64,000 bases of DNA from Leucoraja erinacea (Eukaryota). The stretch is taken from the NCBI RefSeq assembly GCF_028641065.1, contig NC_073403.1, positions 31,558,001-31,622,000 of the forward strand, in the 5' to 3' direction. This document shows positions 38,306-48,728 of the stretch, piece after piece. The notes beneath the pieces are model-generated. The model was not told the DNA's origin. It saw nothing but the letters and a program-made list of their open reading frames with translations, and ran no database searches. Each line of letters opens with the position of its first letter. Positions within the stretch are counted from its first letter, which is position 1. The translations under genes and the position numbers were made by a program.

Positions 38306-40720
38306 CAATGCCCTCCATAATGTTTGGGACAAAGACCCATCATTTATTTATTTGCCTCTGTACTCCACAATTTGAGATTTATAATCGAAAAAATCACATG
38401 TGGTTAAAGTGCCAGATGTGGTTAAATTGTCAGATTTTATTAAAGGGCATTTTTATACAATTTGTTTCACCATGTAGAAATTACAGCTGTGTTTATACCT
38501 AGTCCCCCCCATTTCAGGGCACTGTACTTTTTGGGACTCATGGCTTCATAGGCGTTTGTAATTGCTCAGGTGTGTTTAATTGCCTCCTTAATGTAGGTAT
38601 AAGAGAGCTCTCAGCACTTAGTCTTTCCTCCGGTCTTTCCATCATCTTTGGAAGCTTTTATTGCTGCTTATCAACATGAGGACCAAAGTTGTGCCAATGA
38701 AAGTCAAAGGAGCCATTATGAGATTGAGAAACAAGAATAAAACTGTTAGAGACATCAGCCAAACATTAGGCTTGCCAAAATGAACTGTTTGGAACATCAT
38801 TAAGAGCCTGTCCTACATAGGCGACTTTTTAGGCGAGTGCAGGAGACTGCGCTCGCCTCATGATCGCCACATGTCCGTTGCTGATCTCTGGTGAGTCTCC
38901 TTCATGGAGTTCCTGGAGTCTGGTAACTAGTCATGGCCTCAGTATGGTCGCCGCAATCTTTTCAACATGTTGAAAAAATGTCTGCGACGAAAAATTGGTC
39001 ACAATGAAGAAAATCGCTAATCCTGTAGTCCTGGGTGCAGTTGTAGTGGGGTTGCCATGTAGTCATGGGTAGTCGAAGTAGTCTTGGGTAGTTTTAGTTA
39101 ATCGCCTTTGCTGACCGGTCATTTTCATTGGCTCATTGGGGGAAAAACTTAAGCATGAGTTTTCAGAACCAAGGATAACCGACCGGTAATGTTAAATGGC
39201 CGCTAAACTTCACAACTGTGTATCTCTGGCTTATTAAAAGTTGTCTGGCTTCTTAAAAGTGGCTCCACTCCTTCTCCCCTCTTCTCCGCCCCCTTCTTCA
39301 CTCCCCCTCCCCCCTCTTTTAAAGGACTTACCGTACACTGTGCTAACCATCTTAACCTTCCTGTTCATCGCAGTGTGCGTCTGTATCACCTTGGCTTTGC
39401 ACCGTGTGAATTTCAGACAGCGCTCCCCCGCTTTCCCTGGCCCCCGCCTTTGCGATGTGTTTGAGTGTGTGTTCCACTCTGACAGTCACCGTTACAATTC
39501 CCAGTTTTTCAGGCGAGTGCCGCGAACTTGACAGTCGCTGGCAGTCTGCTGAAAAATCGCCTAAGTGGGACAGGCCCTTTAAGAAGAAGGGAGAGCACTG
39601 GGGAGCTTACGAATCGCAAAGGGACTGGCAGGCCAAGGAAGACCTCCACAGCTGATGATAGAAGAATTGTCTCTATAATAGAGAAAAATCCCCAAACACC
39701 TGTCCGACAGATCAGAAACACTCTTCAGGAGAGGTGTGGATTTGTCAATTACCAGATGCCTTCATGAACAGAAATACAGAGGCTACACTGCAAGATGCAA
39801 ACTACTGGTTAGCTGCAAAAATAGGATGGCCGGGTTACAGTTTGCCAAGAAGTACTTAAAAGAGTAACCACAGTTCTGGAAAAAAGGTCTTGTGGACAGA
39901 TTAACATATCAGAGTGATGGCAAGAGCAAAGTATGGACGAGACAAGGAACTGCCCAAGATCCAAAGCTTACCACCTCATCTGTGAAACAGTGGTGGGGGT
40001 GTTATGGTCTGGGCATGTTTGGCTGCTGAAGGTACTGGCTCACTTATCTTCATTGATGATACAACTGCTGATGGTAGTAGCATTATGAATTCTGAAGTGT
40101 ATAGACACATCCTATCTGCTCAAGTTCAAACAAATGCCTCAAAACATTGGCCGGCGGTTCATTCTATAATAAGACAATGATCTCAAACATATTGCTAAAG
40201 CAACAAAGGAGTTTTTCAAAGCTAAAAAAATGGTCAATTCTTGAGTGGGCAAGTAAATCACCTGATCTGAACCCAAATGAACAAGCCTTTTATATGCTGA
40301 AAAGAAAACTGAAGGGGACTAGCCCCCAAAACAAGCATAAGCTAAAGATGGCTGCAATACAGGCCTGGCAGAGCATCACCAGAGAAGACACCCAGCAACT
40401 GGTGATGTCCATGAATCGCAGACTTCAAGCAGTCATTGCATGCAAAGGATATGCAACAAAACACTGAATATGGCTACTTTCATTTACATGACATTGCTGT
40501 GTCCCAAACATTATGGTACCCTGAAATGAGGGTACTATGTATAAACACTGCTGTAATTTCTACATGCTGAAACCAATGTGTAAAAATGGCCTTTATTAAA
40601 ATCTGACAATGTGCACTTTAGCCACATGTGATTTTTTTCTAATACAAATCACAAATTGTGGAGTACAGAGGCAAATAAATAAATGATCGGTCTTTGTCTC
40701 AAACATTATGGAGGGCACTG
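38306..40720 (+). mobile_element. Tc1-family transposon (IR/DR type), inactivated transposase 38676-40467, interrupted by a MITE
   Basis: TA flanks; about 220-bp TIRs ca(a/g)tgccctccataatgtttg with inner direct repeats; GRPRKTS, WASKSPDLNPNE, AVIACKGYATK motifs; stops and frameshifts. Confidence 0.95.
38803..39578. mobile_element. PIF/Harbinger-type MITE inside the Tc1 transposase gene
   Basis: Termini agagcctgtcc / ggacaggccct; TTA at 38800-38802 and 39579-39581; removal restores the transposase frame WNIIKKK. Confidence 0.9.
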
Positions 40721-43540
40721 TATTGATTTAGTCTGAAATATATATACTTATATTTCGACTCGTGATAGCACTTGAATGCTTTTGTGTTCTTCGAGTCCTA
40801 GATACAACTATTTTGAATAGACAATATTATTTTCATGTTTTAGAAAGAGACACGGCAGCGACTATATTAAAACTTTTAAAATGCAAATATGGTACTAAAA
40901 CAATTCCATTATAATAAGAACAAAGGGTTGGGAATTTATATGTAGCTGAAAATAAATTGTACATAATATAATTGTTAATCCAAAATAATAACTCTGGTAA
41001 GGGCACAGAATTGATCTTGGATGTGTTAAAACCTAAAAGCTTAATTCAGTGGCCTATACCATGCAATATGTTGTAACGAGAACACGATAGAAGTTATTTC
41101 CCGCTCTCATTGATAGGTAGAATTAACGCTATAAAAATGACTTTCTTACCACAATTAATATATTTGTTTCAAGCGATCCCAATATATATTCCAAAATACT
41201 TTTTCAAAAAACTAGATTCTACTATCACTAATTTTATATGGGATTACAGAGCACACAGAATTCAACGAAAGCATTTGTGTAAACCTAAAGAAGTTGGGGG
41301 TTTATCATTACCTAACTTTATGTATTACTACTGGGCAGTGCATATTAAGAACATAATGTACTGGTTGGATAGTTACACTCAGCAGTTGGAGTGGATAAGA
41401 ATGGAGAAGGAGGAGTGCTATCCGCACGATATAGGAACGATCCTGCTCTCACCGATAAAATTGAATAGTATAATATATAAGAAGAACCCAATTATTCACA
41501 ATACAATAAGAATTTGGAAACAAATAAAAGTATCCTTGAAATTAAATAATCTATCAGTACTAACCCCACTATTGAACAATCCCGCATTCAAACCATCTCT
41601 CATCGACAAAACATATCAACAATGGGATAGACTGGTAGGGGATATGTATGAATTGGGCAAACTGTTATCATTTCAACAGTTAAAATTAAAATTTAAACTG
41701 AAGGATAATCAATATTTTAAATATATACAGATATGTGACTTTATGAAGAAATGTATACATAGATTTCAAACTATATTTTTAGACCCTTTAGAAGGAGCAA
41801 TGAATATTAAGGCTGATTCACAAAAACTAATATCATACTTTCATAGTAATATATTAAATAGAGAATTACCCTCAACTGAAGCACTAAGAGAAGATTGGGA
41901 ACATGAGCTAATGATAAAGATCTCGAAGGATAGATGGGAAAAGTATCTGATGAACACACATAATTGTTCTATTAATGAATCGCAGACTTCAAGCAGTCAT
42001 TACATGCAAAGGATATGCAACAAAACACTGAACATGGCTACTTTCATTTACATGACATTGCTGTGTCCCAAACATTATGGTACCCTGAAATGAGGGTACT
42101 ATGTATAAACACTGCTGTAATTTCTACATGCTGAAACCAATGTGTAAAAATGGCCTTTATTAAAATCTGACAATGTGCACTTTAGCCACATGTGATTTTT
42201 TCTAATACAAATCACAAATTGTGGAGTACAGAGGCAAATAAATAAATGATCGGTCTTTGTCTCAAACATTATGGAGGGCACTGTATTGATTTAGTCTGAA
42301 ATATATATACTTATATTTCGACTCGTGATAGCACTTGAATGCTTTTGTGTTCTTCGAGTCCTAGATACAACTATTTTGAATAGACACTGTTTTTTTCATG
42401 TTTTAGAAAGAGACACGGCAGCGACTATATTAAAACTTTTAAAATGCAAATATGGTACTAAAACAATTCCATTACAATAAGAACAAAGGGTTGGGAATTT
42501 ATATGTAGCTGAAAATAAATTGTACATAATATAATTGTTAATCCAAAATAATAACTCTGGTAAGGGCACAGAATTGATCTTGGATGTGTTAAAACCTAAA
42601 AGCTTAATTCAGTGGCCTATACCATGCAATATGTTGTAACGAGAACACGATAGAAGTTATTTCCCGCTCTCATTGATAGGTAGAATTAACGCTATAAAAA
42701 TGACTTTCTTACCACAATTAATATATTTGTTTCAAGCGATCCCAATATATATTCCAAAATACTTTTTCAAAAAACTAGATTCTACTATCACTAATTTTAT
42801 ATGGGATTACAGTGCACACAGAATTCAACGAAAGCATTTGTGTAAACCTAAAGAAGTTGGGGGTTTATCATTACCTAACTTTATGTATTACTACTGGGCA
42901 GTGCATATTAAGAACATAATGTACTGGTTGGATAGTTACACTCAGCAGTTGGAGTGGATAAGAATGGAGAAAGAGGAGTGCTATCCGCACGATATAGGAA
43001 CGATCTTGCTCTCACCAATAAAATTGAATAGTATAATATATAAGAAGAACCCAATTATTCACAATACAATAAGAATTTGGAAACAAATAAAAGTATCCTT
43101 GAAATTAAATAATCTATCAGTACTAACCCCACTATTGAACAATCCCGCATTCAAACCATCTCTCACCGACAAAACATATCAACAATGGGATAGACTGGTA
43201 GGGGATATGTATGAATTGGGCAAACTGTTATCATTTCAACAGTTAAAATTAAAATTTAAACTGAAGGATAATCAATATTTTAAATATATACAGATATGTG
43301 ATTTTATGAAGAAATGTATACATAGATTTCAAACTATATTTTTAGACCCTTTAGAAGGAGCAATGAATATTAAGGCTGATTCACAAAAGCTAATATCATA
43401 CTTTTATAATAATATATTAAATAGAGAATTACCCTCAACTGAAGCACTAAGAGAAGATTGGGAACATGAGCTAATGATAAAGATCTCGAAGGATAGATGG
43501 GAAAAGTATCTGATGAACACACATAATTGTTCTATTAATG
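40411..43540 (+). repeat. Tandem duplication, period about 1564 bp (Tc1 right end, spacer, L1 fragment)
   Basis: 40411-41977 repeats at 41975-43540; junction shares ATG; duplicated ORFs 41110 and 42673. Confidence 0.95.
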
Positions 43541-44337
43541 CAAGATATAATTTAATTAAATTCAAATTATTACATAGACTATATTATTCAAAAACGAGGT
43601 TGAATAAATTTTATCCAAACGTCTCTCCCAGATGCGATAAATGTTTGTTTCAAAACGCTAATATAACACATTCATTTGTAGGATGTGCAAAGTTGAATAC
43701 ATTTTGGAGCGATATATTTGATATATTTACAAAGCTTTTTAAGTCCACAATAGAACCTAAAACGGAATGGATTATATTTGGGATATCAATTTAAATAAAG
43801 ACCAAAACATTTTTTTTAATTATGGGTTAATAATTGGAAAGAAATTGATACTTAAATTTTGGAAAAATACAACCATACCAACTGTTAAAAGGTGGATTAG
43901 GAATATGATGGACATAGCACGCCTTGAAGAAATTAGACTCCGACTAATAGATAAATATGACCAATTCTTAAGGAGTTGGTCTCCTTTCATCGACTTTTTG
44001 GAATCATGTGATGCAGCGGTACCGTAAAGATTGCTGATTTCAGATTTGAAAATTTCTCTTTTAAGGGGCCTTCTCTCCTATTTCTACTTTCTACTGTTTT
44101 TTTTTTTTATACACACTTCACGTTTTTCTATTCTCTACCATCTATTTTTCCACTTTTTCCCCTTTCCATTGTTTTCTTTTTCTTGTCTTGCTTACTTCCT
44201 TCTCAAAACATAAAAGTAGAGGTTGTACATAGAATGGATTATGGTATGACATAGTTGGCACCTAAAATTAGGTTCCACTGTACTGTTTTGTACTGTATTA
44301 ACTTCTAATAAAATAAATTAAAAAAAACAAAAAAAAA
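42666..44337 (+). mobile_element. 5'-truncated L1-clade LINE (partial duplicate at 41103-41977)
   Basis: ORF2 C-terminus GRINAIKMTFLP, GGLSLPNF, CxxC-x7-H-x4-C knuckle (CDKC...H...C); AATAAA and poly(A); 14-bp TSD agaagttatttccc at 42652-42665 and 44338-44351. Confidence 0.93.
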
Positions 44338-44412
44338 AGAAGTTATTTCCCCTCAAGATCTATGGGTTACATAATGGGCAAGATATTTGTTCCATAGAAG
44401 ACACAATAAGAA

Positions 44413-44800
44413 GAGAATAAGACACAAACATTGCGGACTAGACTTCCCATGGACAGGCAATAAATATCTTGCGTAGGAAGAAACTGCAAATGCTAGTTTG
44501 TATCGAAGATAGATACAAAATGCTGGAGTAACTCAGTAGGTCAAGCAGCATCTCTGGAGAAAAGGAATAGGTGACGTTTTGGGTCGAGACCCTCCTTCAG
44601 ACTGAAGCAAGTCTGAAGAAGGGTCTCAACCTGAAATGGCACGTATTTCTTTTCTCCTCAGATGCTGACTGACTCGCTGAGTTACTCCAGCATTTTGTGT
44701 CTATCTTCGGTACAAACTAGCATTTGCAGCTTCTTCCTACGCAAGATATTCATTGCCTGTGCATGGGAAGTCTAGTCCGCAATGTTTGTGTCTTATTCTC
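44413..44800. repeat. 388-bp palindrome: head-to-head Penelope terminal repeats plus about 60 bp of inverted flank
   Basis: gagaataagacacaaacattgcggactagac... is the reverse complement of ...gtctagtccgcaatgtttgtgtcttattctc; centre near 44606. Confidence 0.9.
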
Positions 44801-45018
44801 TCCCTGCTGTTTTGTATATGGAATTTATTGCAGGACATTTTAAAGTAAGTGCCTTGTTTTTTTCCTGGAAGCAAATCGGGGAAAAATTTAAAAAAAAGAT
44901 CAAGAATGAACATGCAACAGGAAAGGAAGAGATGGTGTTAGAAGACGGTTCATACCACTGGTCTCTGGTGCACCAGCACTGACTCTGCAAAGCACCTGAC
45001 AAAATGATTGCATTCTCA

Positions 45019-45586
45019 AGGGCCTGTCCCACCAGCATGCGATTGCATGCGGCTAGCGCGACCTAACGTGGTCGCTTGAGCCGTACAGCCTCGCGGGGCT
45101 GGTCCCACTTCGATCGCCGGAGCCGTATGGAGTTGTGCGGGGCTGGTCCTGACATCGCGCGGGGCTCCGAAAAACTGACACTGTCCAAAAATTCCGCGTG
45201 GCAACGGCCTGTCGGCCTGCAGCCGCATTGAGGCCGTACTCAGCGCCTCGACGGGTGTACGCACCATCTCGACGCCGTACGCAGCGTCTCGACGCCGTAT
45301 GCAACGTCTTGATGCTGTATGCCTAGCGCGTGGTGTTGCGCGATGACGTCACCGCCCAGCGCGCCATTGCGCGACGACATCACCGCCCGATGCCGTGCGA
45401 CATCCAAATTCAGTCGACCCGCCTCCTGCCCAGCTGATTGGTCAGTATGATGTCGGGACCAGCCCCGCACAACTCCAGACGGCTCCACGGTGGAAAGTGG
45501 GGCCAGCCCAGCGAGGCCGTACGGCTCAAGCCACCACGTTTGGTCACACTAGACGCATGCAATCGCATGCTGATGGGACAGGCCCT
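45019..45586. mobile_element. PIF/Harbinger-type MITE with about 135-bp TIRs, CpG-rich
   Basis: Termini agggcctgtcccaccagcatgcgattgcatgc / gcatgcaatcgcatgctgatgggacaggccct; TCA at 45016-45018 and 45587-45589; internal 20-bp repeats (gcagcgtctcgacgccgtac). Confidence 0.9.
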
Positions 45587-45995
45587 TCAGAGATCACAAA
45601 GTGCGTTTGCATCTTGGTCAGTTGTGCTGAATATAACATGTTTTACAGTGAACTGCAATGGAACCAGATTTTGGAAATAGTTTGGACAATGCAGTTATTA
45701 CATTGGCATGGATTATTTTCTTTGCTGATGTGTTTTCAAGCTGAGTGAAGCCAACCATATTAACTCCAGATGTAATATCCTTCCACACTGTGTTTGGAGG
45801 TACAGCATATCAAATGATCTTGGAGATGAATGACCTTCTGATATTCATTGTCAGCCCTTTAGGACCATCCATTCTGCGCTGCAATAACCTCTGAGAGAAT
45901 CCTACAAGGAAGGGAGCTTGTTGCATGGTTTGAATGCAAGCAACTAAATGCAATAAACCTATGAAATGAATTAATTTCTGTTTTGTTTCTTTAAG

Positions 45996-46082
45996 GCGTT
46001 ATTTCCTACCCATAGACGAAATGCGTCTGACTTTAGTGCTGAGCTTGCACTTGGGCAGCGCGTTGAGATGCTGCTCCCACAC
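45996..46082 (+). CDS. ARHGAP27: ARHGAP27-like exon (phase 0-0): ALFPTHRRNASDFSAELALGQRVEMLLPH
   Basis: Acceptor ttttgtttctttaag, donor CAC|gttagt, 87 nt open; lies between the WW region and PH domain. Confidence 0.7.
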
Positions 46083-46571
46083 GTTAGTGATTCCTCTTGT
46101 GTGTGAAGCCACCTCCTCCTTCACACCGATCCACTCTCTGTAATCCTGCATCCCAGCTTGACCCGCTCCTCTGTCGGAGTTTACTCTTTATGCATGGTGC
46201 TCCACCAGGGATCCTATCATCGGGTGACTTTTTAAAGATCTGAATTTTCAACTTTGGACAATTTTTGTTTAAATGTAGCCATCACTTTGTGCCTGATGCA
46301 TTCTCATATCATTAACATTCCCATGGTGTTAGTTGGGGCTGTGCAGTGTCACTGAGTTTCTGACTCTCTTTGTTATGGAGACTCTGTGGGTATTCACTTT
46401 ATTGTAGGGTTCTTGGTGTTGGTGTTTTCGGTTCTCAAATCCCAGCATGTAGCTCATTTCTGTTCCCCTTGTAACGCACCTATTCATTGGGTGTTTGATG
46501 TGCATGGGCAGAGCGTGGCTGACATTGTCCATTTGTATGTCCTCACTTGTGATTTCCCTTCCATTGTTTAG

Positions 46572-46639
46572 TCCCAATCGCTGGACAAAGCTGGAATTTT
46601 AAACAAAGCCAAGGTGGCAGATAACGGCAAGCGCATCAG
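46572..46639 (+). CDS. ARHGAP27: ARHGAP27-like exon (phase 0-2), start of PH domain: SQSLDKAGILNKAKVADNGKRI(R)
   Basis: Acceptor cttccattgtttag, donor AG|gtgaga, 68 nt; LDKAG and GKRxRK are ARHGAP27/12/15-family PH start motifs. Confidence 0.92.
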
Positions 46640-46749
46640 GTGAGAAATCTTTCCCAATAACTCTCAGGATCTGTGTCTGCACAGTTCTGGAGTTCCAAAT
46701 GCATGGATAATTTCAGTGAAATTTTCACCTTTCACCTCATCAGCCATCG

Positions 46750-47602
46750 CATACAGCACATAATCCTCTGACATTTTCACCACCTGCAATGGGATCCCAC
46801 CCCTAATCACATCTTCCCATCTCCACCCCTTTCTGCTTTCCGCAGAGACCGTTCCCTCTGCAACTCAGAGGTTAACTCATCCCTTCCCACTCAAACCACC
46901 CCCTCCCCAGGTACCTACCCCTGCAACCGCAGCAGATGCAACACCTGTCCCTTTACCTCCTCCCTTGACACCATCCAGGGACCCTGACAGTCCTTTCAGG
47001 TGAGGCAGAGGTTCACTTGCACTTCCTCCAGCCTCATCTACTGTATCCGCTACTCCAGGTGTGGACAAGTCCAGGTATCGGCAAGTCCAGGCACAGACTC
47101 AACTATTGTTTTGCTGAACATATCCGCTCAGTCCGCCTAGGCCTATGCCATCTCTCGCCAATCATTTTAACTTCCCTTCCTATTCCCACACTGACTTTCT
47201 GACCTGCGCTTCCTCCATTGTCAGAGTGAGACCACATGCAAATTGGAGGAACAGCACCTCATATATCACGTGGGCAGTTTACAACCCAATGGTATGAATA
47301 TTGATTTCTCTAATTTCAAGTAACCCTTGCATCCTCTCTCTCCGTCTCTCCCCCATCCTGGTGATCCTGCTAGTTTCACTGTTTGTATCCCTTTTTCACC
47401 TCCTCCACAGCAAAACAATCGACCATTGAGGGCTCCTGGGTCATCGGTGCCAACTCTAACTTGTTCTCTAGCTTTTTTATACCTCTAGTTTCCCTCTCCC
47501 CAGACTCTCAGTCTGAAGAAGGGTCTTGACCAGAAACATTACCTATTCCGTTTCTCCAGAGATGCGACCTGACCCGCTGAGTTACTCCAGTATTTTGTGT
47601 CT
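46750..47602 (+). mobile_element. Penelope-like element 3' fragment ending in a terminal repeat with hammerhead-like motif
   Basis: GIY-YIG remnant (aggttcacttgcacttcctccagcctcatctactgtatc), 3' UTR, then ctgaagaagggtcttgaccagaaacatt. Confidence 0.85.
47513..47540 (+). ncRNA. Minimal hammerhead-ribozyme-like motif (representative; others at 20453, 24240, 25422, 25800, 29926, 44613 on + and about 44573-44600 on -)
   Basis: CTGAAGA, stem II ggtc-tt-gacc, GAAA, C-A-TT; family consensus CTGAAGAAGGGTCTCGACCCGAAACGTC; stem I only about 2 bp. Confidence 0.6.
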
Positions 47603-48640
47603 GTGTACAGCTTGCTTGTACAATAAATAGGATGTTATTTAAAGCTCTCTGACAGATCTCTTCCTTCCTGCTTGTTTCCTCACTTGCAAGTTAAGTATAT
47701 TTGCAAAAAAAAGTGAGAAGCTCAGTGGGTCAGGCAGCATCTGTGGAAGGAAACAGACAGATAATGTGTAGTGACAGAACCTTTCTTCAGTCTGATGGAG
47801 TCGAGGTGAGATAGATGGTAAAACTAAGTATGGGGGTGGGATGTGGCAAGGGCAAGTGCTGGGGGGATCCGGGTAAAGTGGGATTGATTAGCAGATGAGA
47901 AAGGTGGGGGAGTGATGGGTGGAGATGGTGAACCAAGGCTAGAGGAAGAATAAAGCATGTGGATGGTGGAAGCTGATACGGAAGGAAGGTGGGGAGTGAA
48001 ACGTAGGGCGAGAGGGAGGGGTGGGAAGAAAAATGTGGACCTGGGATAGGGAAAGGTGGGAGATGAGCGGATGGAGGAGGGGAAATAAATTGGATGTCAG
48101 GGGCAGGGGAGACAATAAACAAGGAGTTGGCCATTCGGCCCTTCGGCCCTTCGAGCCAGCACTGCCATTCAATGTGATCATGGCTGATCATCCCCAATCA
48201 GTACCCCGTTCCTGCCTTCTCCCCATATCCCCTGACTCCGCTATTTTTAAGAGCTCTATCTAGCTCTCTCTTGAAAGTATCCAGAGAACTGGCCTCCAAC
48301 ACCCTCTGAGGCAGAGAATTCCACAGGAGTGATAAGAGAGGTGTATGGGGGCATCAGTGGGGGGCGGGGAGGGCTGGGTGGAGGAGGAGGGGAGAGATGG
48401 GGTATCCTGAAATTGGAGAATTCAGTTTTCATGTCATTGGGATGTAGGCTGCACCTAATTTTTCTCGTATTATTTCATTAATCACCCATAATCCTATTGT
48501 GCCTGGTTCTTCTGTTACTGATTAATTCCCATCGGGGTTATGCACTGACATAGGATCAATCATAATTTCTCCTGTTGCTCACCGCTGCACCTCTGTTTCT
48601 GAAGGCTTGGCATAACTGATTTTGTTCTTCCTAATTTCAG

Positions 48641-48728
48641 GAAGAACTGGGCGTCATCCTGGACTGTTCTGCAGGGGGGAATACTGACATTTTACAAAGA
48701 TCCCAAGAATCAGTCTGCAGGGAGCCTG
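48641..48728 (+). CDS. ARHGAP27: ARHGAP27-like exon (phase 2-0), PH domain: KNWASSWTVLQGGILTFYKDPKNQSAGSL
   Basis: Acceptor ttcttcctaatttcag, donor CTG|gtaatg, 88 nt; completes the phase-2 codon of the previous exon. Confidence 0.93.

Noticed and set aside
41110-42093. 327-aa ORF as a novel L1-Tc1 fusion gene
   Set aside because: The C-terminal tail is out-of-frame Tc1 sequence created by the duplication junction; the ORF starts at TTG, lacks the RT core and has no evident promoter
44860-44982. Purine-rich open stretch as an extra ARHGAP27 exon
   Set aside because: No good donor, no family similarity, and the frame ends in a stop
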